Below are positions 39,751 to 48,646 of a stretch of DNA of 64,000 nt, piece after piece (the stretch's first letter is position 1; every line of letters begins with the position of its first letter). A program made the translations under genes and the position numbers. Source of the DNA: Escherichia phage vB_EcoM_TU01; sequence record MZ560701; one strand, given 5' to 3'. Under the pieces are notes generated by a model. It searched no databases. It was given only the letters and a program-made list of their open reading frames with translations, and was not told the origin of the DNA.

Positions 39751-40365
39751 ATGTTTAAAGTTAATACTTTTTATAAAATGAATTTTAAAAATGGGGATAT
39801 TACTCCACGCCTTAAAAACATGTTCTCATATGACCTTATTGAGCCTTTTGAAGTTTTAGAAGTTACTGATGCCGGCTCGGTTTGTGAAATTAGAACTTCT
39901 GAAGGTAAAATTTATCAGGCAGGTGTTGGTAAATTTAGTAATTGTTTTACTTTAATATTCTCGACCGATTTATATGAGCATTTTATTGAATGTCCTAACC
40001 CTAAGGTCCACGAAGTTCCACATCAAGAAACTAAGAAAAATGGCCCACACGAATATACGAAGGTTGAAACTCCTCACGGTGAGATGTGGCGACATAACTC
40101 TCCTTTTGGAAGTAAAGGAACATTTGCTCAACCGTCTAAACCGTATGATGATGAAAAATACATCGTCGCCTTTTTATCTGAACAGGGTACTCAAGACCGT
40201 GGATGCCAGCGAAGTGGTTTACTAAGTGAACTTGAAGCCCATAACCAAGCACGTGAATTCGTTGAGAAAAATCCTGGGTCTGAAGCTCTAGTCTTGAAAG
40301 CAATTACTCAATATATCACTGCTCAACCTGTTGTTCATCCGGTAGAAATTAATTTCGTTAAGTAG
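39751..40365 (+). CDS. hypothetical protein
   Basis: 204 aa from the ATG after GAGGA RBS (track ORF begins at an upstream TTG inside a hairpin). Confidence 0.6.
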   Translation: MFKVNTFYKMNFKNGDITPRLKNMFSYDLIEPFEVLEVTDAGSVCEIRTSEGKIYQAGVGKFSNCFTLIFSTDLYEHFIECPNPKVHEVPHQETKKNGPHEYTKVETPHGEMWRHNSPFGSKGTFAQPSKPYDDEKYIVAFLSEQGTQDRGCQRSGLLSELEAHNQAREFVEKNPGSEALVLKAITQYITAQPVVHPVEINFVK

Positions 40366-40366
40366 T

Positions 40367-40397
40367 TTACATCCAAGGACGGATTAGAGTATAATGA
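40367..40397 (+). promoter_or_regulatory. T4-type early promoter
   Basis: GTTTAC, 19 bp, TATAAT. Confidence 0.6.
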
Positions 40398-40419
40398 TTT
40401 CTTTAGTAAGTGGAAAAAT

Positions 40420-40617
40420 ATGAAATTTTTAATAGCACAAACAGTCCAATTAAAAGGTGTTGGAATTCCTGGGATGATTTTTAAAGTTCTCCATGAATTT
40501 AAAACCGCCGCTGGAATTATCAATGAAGCGTATGCTGTTCAATGGGTTGATGGGACTTCTGACATACGTATGGGTAAAGAGTTATCTCCTATTAAAGGGT
40601 TGAAACATGTTGAATAA
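40420..40617 (+). CDS. hypothetical protein
   Basis: 65-aa ORF downstream of an early promoter. Confidence 0.5.
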   Translation: MKFLIAQTVQLKGVGIPGMIFKVLHEFKTAAGIINEAYAVQWVDGTSDIRMGKELSPIKGLKHVE

Positions 40618-40819
40618 ATTAATCCAGAAATTGTTTGGTACGGAAATGATCGAAGTTACTTATCGTGTNACTGACNNNNNNNNNNNNNNNNNNNNNNNNN
40701 NNNNNNNTATCAAGNCAATTAAAATGCCTAAAAATGATGGCNNTTTATCTATCGAAGACCGTATACCTGGTTACGGCCATTGGGCTGATGTTGAAATTAT
40801 AAGTGTTAAAGATGTGTGA
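40607..40819 (+). CDS. hypothetical protein
   Basis: 70-aa ORF; contains a masked N-run. Confidence 0.45.
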   Translation: MLNKLIQKLFGTEMIEVTYRXTDXXXXXXXXXXXIKXIKMPKNDGXLSIEDRIPGYGHWADVEIISVKDV

Positions 40820-41270
40820 ATTAGAAATAAGAAGCAATTTCAAATGGCCGTCATGCGCATTAAGTAATTTCGCCCAATGGCCTTTTGTTATGGATGGTAT
40901 TCAATTCGGAGGACTTGAAGGATTTCTCCAAGGATGTAAGGTGAAAAATGTTGAACAACAAAAACGTATATTTGGGTTGTCTGGATTGGCGGCACAGCAA
41001 GCTGGAAGGTCTTATGCAAGAGCTCAGGACCGTGGGACTCTCTTCTGGTTAGGAGTTCCATTTTCAAGATACTCTGAAGCGTGGAAAGAATTATACACAA
41101 ATGCATATTTTGAAGCCGCGATCCAAAACAAGGGGTTTCGTGATGCCTTACAAGCCTCTAAAGGAAAAATTTTGAAGCACAGCATGGCTAGTGGTCTAAC
41201 AAAAGATGATACAATACTAACCGAAGCTGAATTTATTGATGTGTTAAACCTATTAAGAGACTCTTTATGA
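40803..41270 (+). CDS. NADAR/YbiA-like (DUF1768) putative ADP-ribose-processing hydrolase
   Basis: 155 aa; pattern LSNF..WPF..DG..F...E.FLQ..K and overall size resemble the NADAR fold; assignment by motif recall only. Confidence 0.5.
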   Translation: MLKMCELEIRSNFKWPSCALSNFAQWPFVMDGIQFGGLEGFLQGCKVKNVEQQKRIFGLSGLAAQQAGRSYARAQDRGTLFWLGVPFSRYSEAWKELYTNAYFEAAIQNKGFRDALQASKGKILKHSMASGLTKDDTILTEAEFIDVLNLLRDSL

Positions 41271-42082
41271 AGCCTACTATTTTGACCGATATTGATGGTG
41301 TATGTTTAAGTTGGCAATCTGGACTTCCTTATTTTGCCCAAAAATATAATCTTCCATTAGAACATATTTTAAAAATGATTCAGGACGAAAAATTTATTTC
41401 TCCTGGTAAACTATTCAATACCGATGATAACCTCGGTAAACAATTAATAGAAAAATATAATCGCTCTGATTTTATTCGTTACTTAGCGCCTTATTCGGAT
41501 GCTCTTCGAGTTATCAATAAACTAAAAGAAGACTATAATTTTGTAGCCGTGACGGCGCTAGGTGATTCAATTGATGCTCGATTGAATAGACAATTTAATT
41601 TGAATGCTTTGTTCCCAGGCGCTTTCTCTGAAGTAATGATGTGTGGACATGATTCTTCAAAGGAACAATTATTCGAACTAGCTAAAACAAAATATAACGT
41701 GATTTGTTACGTTGACGATTTAGCTCATCACTGTGACCATGCAGCAGAAATTCTTAATGTACCGATTTATTGGTTGGCTCGTGGTGAACGTGATGATATT
41801 CCTCGCACTGCACAACGTGTACACACGTGGGATGATATTGAATCTCGTTTGGTTCCACCAGAGCATAATTCAGATTCAGATCGTGAAGACCTTTTAAAAC
41901 GATTGGCGGATTTGCTTAAAGAATCCGGTACAACAAGTCCAGGTGCATGGCCTAATCAAATTGGCACTCCGTCGAATCCGTATACCTGGCGAACCCCAGG
42001 ACCAACCAATATGCAGCCATGGTGGACGATTCAAAACTTTCCTTTAGATTCGTCCAAATGGACTTGGTCTACAAATTGTTAA
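41267..42082 (+). CDS. HAD-superfamily phosphatase/nucleotidase-like protein
   Basis: 271 aa; N-terminal HAD motif I LTDIDGV, later VDDL; unusual Trp/Pro-rich C-terminal tail. Confidence 0.65.
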   Translation: MKPTILTDIDGVCLSWQSGLPYFAQKYNLPLEHILKMIQDEKFISPGKLFNTDDNLGKQLIEKYNRSDFIRYLAPYSDALRVINKLKEDYNFVAVTALGDSIDARLNRQFNLNALFPGAFSEVMMCGHDSSKEQLFELAKTKYNVICYVDDLAHHCDHAAEILNVPIYWLARGERDDIPRTAQRVHTWDDIESRLVPPEHNSDSDREDLLKRLADLLKESGTTSPGAWPNQIGTPSNPYTWRTPGPTNMQPWWTIQNFPLDSSKWTWSTNC

Positions 42083-42091
42083 GGGTTAATT

Positions 42092-42361
42092 ATGTTTGTA
42101 GTTCATGATATTACAGATGGCAAAAACACAACGCGTGACTACGGTCACGTTAACATGTTCTTTCGAGATTGGCCGGTGTTTCGTTCAGTAAAAGACGCAG
42201 AAATATTTAAAGAGTGTGTTGAACAAGGGTTCATCTACATTTCAGAATATTATGTTGAAGGTCTTGGTAAATGGATTACCACTTATCAGAAAACGCTGAA
42301 ATCGCTTCTAGATGAAGTGGCTTATAATAGAACCGTAACCAAAATCGAGGACATCAAATGA
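42092..42361 (+). CDS. hypothetical protein
   Basis: 89-aa ORF immediately upstream of ligase. Confidence 0.6.
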   Translation: MFVVHDITDGKNTTRDYGHVNMFFRDWPVFRSVKDAEIFKECVEQGFIYISEYYVEGLGKWITTYQKTLKSLLDEVAYNRTVTKIEDIK

Positions 42362-43851
42362 TTTTAGATATTTTAAACCAAATAGCTGCGATCGGTTCTA
42401 CTAAAACAAAACAAGAAATCCTTAAGAAAAATAAGGACAACAAATTACTTGAACGTGTGTATCGTTTAACATATGCACGTGGTATCCAGTATTATATTAA
42501 GAAATGGCCAGGACCTGGTGAAAGGTCTCAAGCGTATGGACTTATTGAATTAGATGACATGTTGGATTTTATTGAGTTCACATTAGCCACTCGTAAACTC
42601 ACTGGTAATGCTGCAATTAAAGAGCTCATGGGTTATATNGCNGACGGTAAACCTGATGATGTAGAAGTCCTTCGTCGTGTAATGATGCGCGACCTTGAAG
42701 TAGGTGCTTCAGTGTCTATCGCGAATAAGGTGTGGCCTGGACTTATTCAATTGCAGCCACAGATGTTAGCATCTGCATATGATGAGAAATTGATTACTAA
42801 AAATATTAAATGGCCTGCATTTGCCCAATTAAAAGCAGATGGTGCTCGTTGTTTCGCTGAAGTTCGCGATGATGGTGTTCAATTCTTTTCTCGTGCCGGT
42901 AACGAATACCATGGTCTTACTCTATTAGCGGATGAACTAATGGAAATGACTAAAGAAGCTCGTGAAAGACACCCTAATGGGGTTTTAATCGACGGTGAAT
43001 TAGTTTATCATTCATTCGATATTAAAAAGGTTGTGAGCTCAGGAAATGATCTGTCGTTCTTATTTGGTGATAATGAAGAATCTGAAGAAGTACAAGTTGC
43101 AGACCGTAGCACTTCAAATGGTTTAGCAAATAAATCTCTTCAAGGGACTATTTCTCCTAAAGAAGCGGAAGGTATGGTTCTTCAAGCCTGGGACTATGTT
43201 CCTTTAGATGAAGTCTATTCTGATGGCAAAATTAAAGGTCAGAAATACGATGTTCGTTTTGCTGCTCTTGAAAATATGGCTGAAGGCTTTAAGCGAATTG
43301 AGCCAATTGAAAATCAGTTAGTTCGTAATCTTGACGAAGCTAAAGTGGTTTATAAAAAATACGTTGACCAAGGTCTTGAAGGTATTATCCTTAAAAACCG
43401 TGATTCATATTGGGAAAACAAACGCTCTAAGAACCTAATTAAATTTAAAGAAGTTATTGATATCGCTTTAGAAGTTGTAGGATACTATGAACACTCTAAA
43501 GACCCTAACAAATTAGGTGGTGTCGAACTCGTATCACGTTGTCGTCGTATTACAACTGATTGTGGTTCAGGTTTTAAAGATACAACTCATAAAACAGTTG
43601 ACGGTGTAAAGGTTCTTATTCCTTTAGACGAGCGTCATGATTTAGACCGTGAACGATTAATGACAGAAGCTCGTGAAGGCAAATTAATTGGACGTATCGC
43701 TGATTGTGAATGTAATGGTTGGGTTCATTCTAAAGGCCGTGAAGGTACTGTAGGTATTTTCCTTCCAATTATTAAAGGGTTCCGTTTTGATAAAACAGAA
43801 GCGGATTCATTTGAAGACGTATTTGGACCTTGGTCCCAGACAGGTTTATAA
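42358..43851 (+). CDS. 30: ATP-dependent DNA ligase
   Basis: 497 aa; MILDILNQIAAIGSTKTKQEILKKNKDN, adenylation motif KADGAR, GLEGIILKN; matches T4 gp30. Confidence 0.97.
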   Translation: MILDILNQIAAIGSTKTKQEILKKNKDNKLLERVYRLTYARGIQYYIKKWPGPGERSQAYGLIELDDMLDFIEFTLATRKLTGNAAIKELMGYXXDGKPDDVEVLRRVMMRDLEVGASVSIANKVWPGLIQLQPQMLASAYDEKLITKNIKWPAFAQLKADGARCFAEVRDDGVQFFSRAGNEYHGLTLLADELMEMTKEARERHPNGVLIDGELVYHSFDIKKVVSSGNDLSFLFGDNEESEEVQVADRSTSNGLANKSLQGTISPKEAEGMVLQAWDYVPLDEVYSDGKIKGQKYDVRFAALENMAEGFKRIEPIENQLVRNLDEAKVVYKKYVDQGLEGIILKNRDSYWENKRSKNLIKFKEVIDIALEVVGYYEHSKDPNKLGGVELVSRCRRITTDCGSGFKDTTHKTVDGVKVLIPLDERHDLDRERLMTEAREGKLIGRIADCECNGWVHSKGREGTVGIFLPIIKGFRFDKTEADSFEDVFGPWSQTGL

Positions 43852-44039
43852 TGAAAGCTTATTTAGAAACAGTTNTTGTCGCTAATAAGGATGGTNGNGA
43901 TGTTTCCACCTCTTGTTCCCAAATTGTATTAGATTTTCCTAATGAAAATTCCTATCGGGTTTTCGTAGACAATGTTAATGGGTACGAAAAAGGCCCTAAT
44001 TTTGAAGTTTATCGTACTTTGCTCCCGATTGTAGATTAA
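43851..44039 (+). CDS. hypothetical protein
   Basis: 62-aa ORF starting TAATG-coupled to the ligase stop. Confidence 0.55.
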   Translation: MKAYLETVXVANKDGXDVSTSCSQIVLDFPNENSYRVFVDNVNGYEKGPNFEVYRTLLPIVD

Positions 44040-44058
44040 GAGCCTTCGGGCTCTTTTT
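44039..44058 (+). terminator. intrinsic terminator upstream of alt
   Basis: AGAGCC-TTCG-GGCTCT then TTTTT. Confidence 0.75.
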
Positions 44059-44094
44059 GGCATAAATATAAATTATTACTAAAAGGAAAACACT

Positions 44095-46182
44095 ATGTCC
44101 GAACAATTAAATGAAGTGTTTGAATCTGAAGGCAGTCTTCCTGTCGTCAATTTGAACCCTAAAGCTAAAGTTCCGCAAGTCTGGAAAATTGGNGATGTTG
44201 ATACAAACATCGTAGTTCGCTTATTCTCTTACCTTTCTGAAGGCGATGCTGTAAAACAAGTTAAACTTGGCGANAAATANGCTCATGTTGTTATTATGAG
44301 TCTGTCTGAAAAGGGTAATCTCGCTGAATTGAAAAATGGCCTTGGTCCTGCTCCTATTGATGCAATCAACACCATTTTCAATACAGTATATGAACAGGTT
44401 AAAGCTCTTCGTATGGATGCAGTTCTGTTCCGATTCCCTACCAAGAAATTGAAAGGACGTGGACAACANCTTCAAACTCTTCTTGCTCGTTTAGTTTCTA
44501 CTAAAACCGGTGGTCGTTTTAAAGTATTGTCGGCAATGTATCAATTCACAGGTAAACACACCTATGTGATGATGGTTCGTAAAAATGCCAACATTGAAGA
44601 TATTAAAGGCATCCCTAACATTAACACAGAGTTGTANACGAAAGTAGATTCTGATGTTGGCGAAGTTTATGTNAGTAAAAAGACTGGCGAAAAGGTCACC
44701 AAAGAAACGGCTATCGCTGGTTCTATTGCTGCTGTAGAAGAAAAACGTAAAGATAAGCCTGTTATTGCTCGNACTAAAATTTCTCGTCGTGCTATTGCAG
44801 CAAGTCAATCTTTAGAAGCTGACCGCCAAGAAGGTGAGTTATTCCAGAAATATGAAAATTCTGCTAAAGAAGTTAGTGGCCCAGCTACAGCCGAATTACT
44901 TCCTGAAGCATATGAAATTGTACTAGCTCAAGCATCGTCCACAGCAAAAGGCACTTTAGTTGCTGATATCGAAAATAAGATTTATAATCGTATTGATGAA
45001 TCCTTTAAATTTGCCGATGAAGTTTCTTATGGTAGTGTTATTAAGCCGACTTTAGAAAAGTTTGCTAAGAAAATTAAAACCGAAAAAACAACATCTGTTA
45101 AAGCATTAGCTGCTTTTGTTGAAGCTGCAAATGAAATTGCAGACTCTATTAAAGACGAATGGTTTGAAGATTTTAGACGTGATAATTTCCAACTGCCTGA
45201 CGACGTTTTAGCTGAAGTATCTGAAAGAACTTGGAAACAACGTAAATCAGCGTTCTTGTCTAATGTGATGTATACTTATGCNNGAGAATCGGCTAGAGGC
45301 ACCTTTAATATAACAATGAATCGGGACCCTAAACAATACTCTGTTGCTGAAAAACGAGCTATTCGTGAATATGCCTCTTCCGCGTATACCGATATCAATA
45401 ATATGTTGTTAGGTCGTTATAAACCAGATTTTTACGATGTTGCAGATGAAGATGAAGTTAAACGCGCTATTGATGGTCTTGATTCAGCGTTTTTAAATGG
45501 AGACCGTTTACCTGAAGGACTAACGTTATATAGAGCTCAGTCTATCAGAATGCCTATTTACGAAGCAATGGTTAAAAATAAGGTATTCTACTTCAGAAAC
45601 TATGTTTCCACTTCACTAGCTCCTATTATTTTCGGCGGGTTTAAAGAGAACGTTGCCCTTGGACTTGCTCCTGAAGAAGTTCGCAAAGAGCTTAACATTG
45701 ATAATAATGACGAAGGTGTTACTATTTCTCCTAGCCAAGTAAGAACAGCTATGCATGCACCAGAACAAATCCGTGTTAACGTTGGATGGGCCATTGATGG
45801 CGCCCATAAAGTTAACGTGATTTATCCAGGACAGTTGAGTAATCACCCTAATGAGCAAGAAATTATTTTGCCTAGAGGCATTCTCTTGCAGATAAATAAA
45901 ATTACAGATGCGTCATCTGACACTGGTGCAGGTTTAGAATCCAACCTTAAATTTATTCAAGCTGAAGTCATGTCCTCGGACCAGTTGGACGAAGCTGTCA
46001 TTTACGATGGTGATGTTCTCATGGAAACAGGCGAGGTGGTTGCTATGACGGGTGAAATCGAATCAGATGAGCCGGTATCGTTCTCCTCATTTGTAGAAAA
46101 AACTAGTGCACCTAAAGGTTTGAAATTGTTAGCATCTTTAATGGATTTAGAATCAGTTCCGTTTAAATTTGTCCAAGGATAG
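44095..46182 (+). CDS. alt: ADP-ribosyltransferase Alt (virion-packaged)
   Basis: 695 aa; C-terminal ART domain with YRAQS...STSL...E core; size and position match T4 Alt. Confidence 0.9.
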   Translation: MSEQLNEVFESEGSLPVVNLNPKAKVPQVWKIXDVDTNIVVRLFSYLSEGDAVKQVKLGXKXAHVVIMSLSEKGNLAELKNGLGPAPIDAINTIFNTVYEQVKALRMDAVLFRFPTKKLKGRGQXLQTLLARLVSTKTGGRFKVLSAMYQFTGKHTYVMMVRKNANIEDIKGIPNINTELXTKVDSDVGEVYXSKKTGEKVTKETAIAGSIAAVEEKRKDKPVIAXTKISRRAIAASQSLEADRQEGELFQKYENSAKEVSGPATAELLPEAYEIVLAQASSTAKGTLVADIENKIYNRIDESFKFADEVSYGSVIKPTLEKFAKKIKTEKTTSVKALAAFVEAANEIADSIKDEWFEDFRRDNFQLPDDVLAEVSERTWKQRKSAFLSNVMYTYXXESARGTFNITMNRDPKQYSVAEKRAIREYASSAYTDINNMLLGRYKPDFYDVADEDEVKRAIDGLDSAFLNGDRLPEGLTLYRAQSIRMPIYEAMVKNKVFYFRNYVSTSLAPIIFGGFKENVALGLAPEEVRKELNIDNNDEGVTISPSQVRTAMHAPEQIRVNVGWAIDGAHKVNVIYPGQLSNHPNEQEIILPRGILLQINKITDASSDTGAGLESNLKFIQAEVMSSDQLDEAVIYDGDVLMETGEVVAMTGEIESDEPVSFSSFVEKTSAPKGLKLLASLMDLESVPFKFVQG

Positions 46183-46211
46183 TTTACAAACACATGGATG
46201 TGTGATACTAT
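46182..46211 (+). promoter_or_regulatory. T4-type early promoter
   Basis: GTTTAC, 18 bp, TGtgaTACTAT; GGATG/CATCC dyad. Confidence 0.6.
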
Positions 46212-46240
46212 CATCCCATCAACAACATGAGGAAAACGTT

Positions 46241-46534
46241 ATGAAATCTATGCTTCGCTTTAATGGTCAAGAACTAGTAGTTGAAGATGCTATCCCAGCG
46301 GATGATGTTTTTAACGAAGCTGTGATTGACGAATTGAATCGAGTATTCCCGGGTGCATTCCATATTGCTATGGAACCTCTTAAAAACTTTCGTGACCCTG
46401 AACACACCGATCAAATTTTTATCGGTGTAGTGACAGGTCATTTAGAAACAGAGGTACCAATGGTCGTATTAGTTAAATACTCTAAAGATGATACTCCATT
46501 CCGAGCACCAGCATTCCTTTCATTCCGTAAATAA
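46241..46534 (+). CDS. hypothetical protein
   Basis: 97 aa from the ATG after GAGGAAAA RBS, downstream of an early promoter. Confidence 0.65.
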   Translation: MKSMLRFNGQELVVEDAIPADDVFNEAVIDELNRVFPGAFHIAMEPLKNFRDPEHTDQIFIGVVTGHLETEVPMVVLVKYSKDDTPFRAPAFLSFRK

Positions 46535-46543
46535 ACCCCTAAA

Positions 46544-46566
46544 GGGAGACNACGTCTCCCTTTTTC
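46544..46566. terminator. terminator between convergent alt-downstream ORF and gene 54
   Basis: GGGAGAC-loop-GTCTCCC then TTTTT. Confidence 0.7.
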
Positions 46567-47529
46567 TTATAGTCCTAAAACTCTTGACGCAGAATTCACC
46601 ACACCTGTCAATGTGTTTATATTAGACACACCTCCAGCAGTCCCACCTAATCTAGAAAGTCTTGATACTGCACTTCCTAGTCCAGAATCATTCTGATTAT
46701 TTCCAAACATTCCTGAAACACTACTAATAAGTCCTGATTCCAGCCATTCTAAAGCAGCCTGTCTATTTACAGCACCTGATTGCATAACGCGATAAGCAAA
46801 TGTTACATCAAAAACTGTTATCTGATTATCACCATCATACGTTAACTCAGGAGAAGAGACACTAACAGGAATACATCCGGTGAACATGACAGCGGTATGT
46901 GGTAAACCATTTCGTGCATGTAAATTAACCTGAATATCTGCTTCGACGTCTTGTGGTAAAGCACGAAGACCTGTTACAGGGTCTTGGACTGAGTTTACCC
47001 AGTCTTGCATTGCTCTAAAGTTAGATGCTTCAGAATCCATTCTAAAGCTTATTACTAACGGGTCCATTTCACGACCGGTAATTCGGATGTTCGGTGAGTT
47101 ATAGTTGAAATCCGTTTCATAAGATAATCGGTTCTCAGGCATTTTTACAGAATAAATCATTAAACCTGTATTATTATATGCCATATTGAAGAAGTCTATC
47201 AGATAAGCTCCTACTGTGAACTCACCTAACAAGCTTTGTACCGTACGTTGACTCATTGCTCCAATCAGATATTTACTTANACCTGATTTTCGAATTAATT
47301 TCTGTGTTCCTGCTGTAATCAGGGTTGTTACGCCCTGATTGATATCACCTTGAGTCAATCCTAACCAATCAGAATCCAACCCTAAGTTATTATAAGCAAA
47401 ACTACCAATTGACGAAATTAGTGAAGATGATTTAGTCGATGGTGTAGTAGCAAATACACAACTAAACATATTGTTTCGTTGGAAATCTGCATTTATAGCT
47501 TGGTTATTAAATTCTTCTAAAGAGTACAT
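46567..47529 (-). CDS. 54: baseplate tail-tube initiator gp54
   Basis: 320 aa (T4 gp54 320 aa), follows gp48 in the hub operon. Confidence 0.9.
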   Translation of the reverse strand: MYSLEEFNNQAINADFQRNNMFSCVFATTPSTKSSSLISSIGSFAYNNLGLDSDWLGLTQGDINQGVTTLITAGTQKLIRKSGXSKYLIGAMSQRTVQSLLGEFTVGAYLIDFFNMAYNNTGLMIYSVKMPENRLSYETDFNYNSPNIRITGREMDPLVISFRMDSEASNFRAMQDWVNSVQDPVTGLRALPQDVEADIQVNLHARNGLPHTAVMFTGCIPVSVSSPELTYDGDNQITVFDVTFAYRVMQSGAVNRQAALEWLESGLISSVSGMFGNNQNDSGLGSAVSRLSRLGGTAGGVSNINTLTGVVNSASRVLGL

Positions 47530-48638
47530 TAGAAAGTCCCCGCATAAAGTGAAGAACGGTTTAATGTAATAATTTCTCGCATTGTTATCTCTAANGTAAA
47601 TGTTGACGGTAAGTTAGGAGCAACAGCGAGACCATTAAATTGTCCATTTGGAGTTTTATCAAAACGTACGCTTTGAATTTGGCATGGGCCAAATACGTCA
47701 GTTAATCCATCAAATTTAGACGTATAACCAAAGTTTTTAACCATCCAAATTGTAGGGTTGCTTACAACTAATACATTTGTTAATGACGCAGTAATCTTTT
47801 CAAACAATGTCTTATTTTTTACTGCATCATCTGGTGTCATAGGCTCAATAAACGTTGAACGGTACCATTCGTCTAAATAACTTTTAATCTCTTGAGCGTA
47901 CTGTGATTTACCGGTCTCACCATATGAGAAATAGTTAAAATACTGGTAAATGTTTATAATAGCCATAAGGTCTTCAGTTGAACGNGGAGTTAAATCCCAT
48001 GTAAAGACTTTAGTACGGTTCTCAGCACCGCCATACATACTACGAGAAGTCGTATAAATCTGTTCGTTATTATCAGCCATAAGCCCTTGAGTAATAGAAT
48101 CTAATGCACCAAAAACTGCAGTAGAAGCAATGTTACTTAAAACACCCGTAGCAGTACCTCCACCTTTAGTAATAAGGCTATCNCCGATATCATTAAAACG
48201 ATGTGAAGTTGTATCAACGTCAGATTTGGAACGTGGCAAAAGTATATTAGCAACAGGAGTTTTATTTATAGTAGGTTTATTAGCTCCGGCAGGAAGCAAT
48301 CCGTTTGAGAATTTAGTCACTGCATCTTTCACATTATCAGTTAAATCTGATATGATACCATTAGATGAAGTGCCGGCGTATGCCGGACGTAAATTCCTGA
48401 GGGATCCTGAATCGCGTGCAGACATATTGTACGCGGTAAATAATAATCCATTCTTATAAAGGTCTGTTACCTGGAAGTCTCCTGTGGAGTCATTTCCGGC
48501 TGCTCTTCCTGTAGGAAATTGAGCAACATAAGTTTTAGTAGTTGTTTCGGTTTTAGTGCTTTGCCCAGCACTTTCTGAGACTGGGATTGCTTTATTTAAA
48601 TCCTTTGCATCTACTACTATTTCTTTTACACTAATCAT
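47529..48638 (-). CDS. 48: baseplate tail-tube cap gp48
   Basis: 369 aa, between 29 and 54. Confidence 0.9.
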   Translation of the reverse strand: MISVKEIVVDAKDLNKAIPVSESAGQSTKTETTTKTYVAQFPTGRAAGNDSTGDFQVTDLYKNGLLFTAYNMSARDSGSLRNLRPAYAGTSSNGIISDLTDNVKDAVTKFSNGLLPAGANKPTINKTPVANILLPRSKSDVDTTSHRFNDIXDSLITKGGGTATGVLSNIASTAVFGALDSITQGLMADNNEQIYTTSRSMYGGAENRTKVFTWDLTXRSTEDLMAIINIYQYFNYFSYGETGKSQYAQEIKSYLDEWYRSTFIEPMTPDDAVKNKTLFEKITASLTNVLVVSNPTIWMVKNFGYTSKFDGLTDVFGPCQIQSVRFDKTPNGQFNGLAVAPNLPSTFXLEITMREIITLNRSSLYAGTF

Positions 48639-48646
48639 AATAATCC

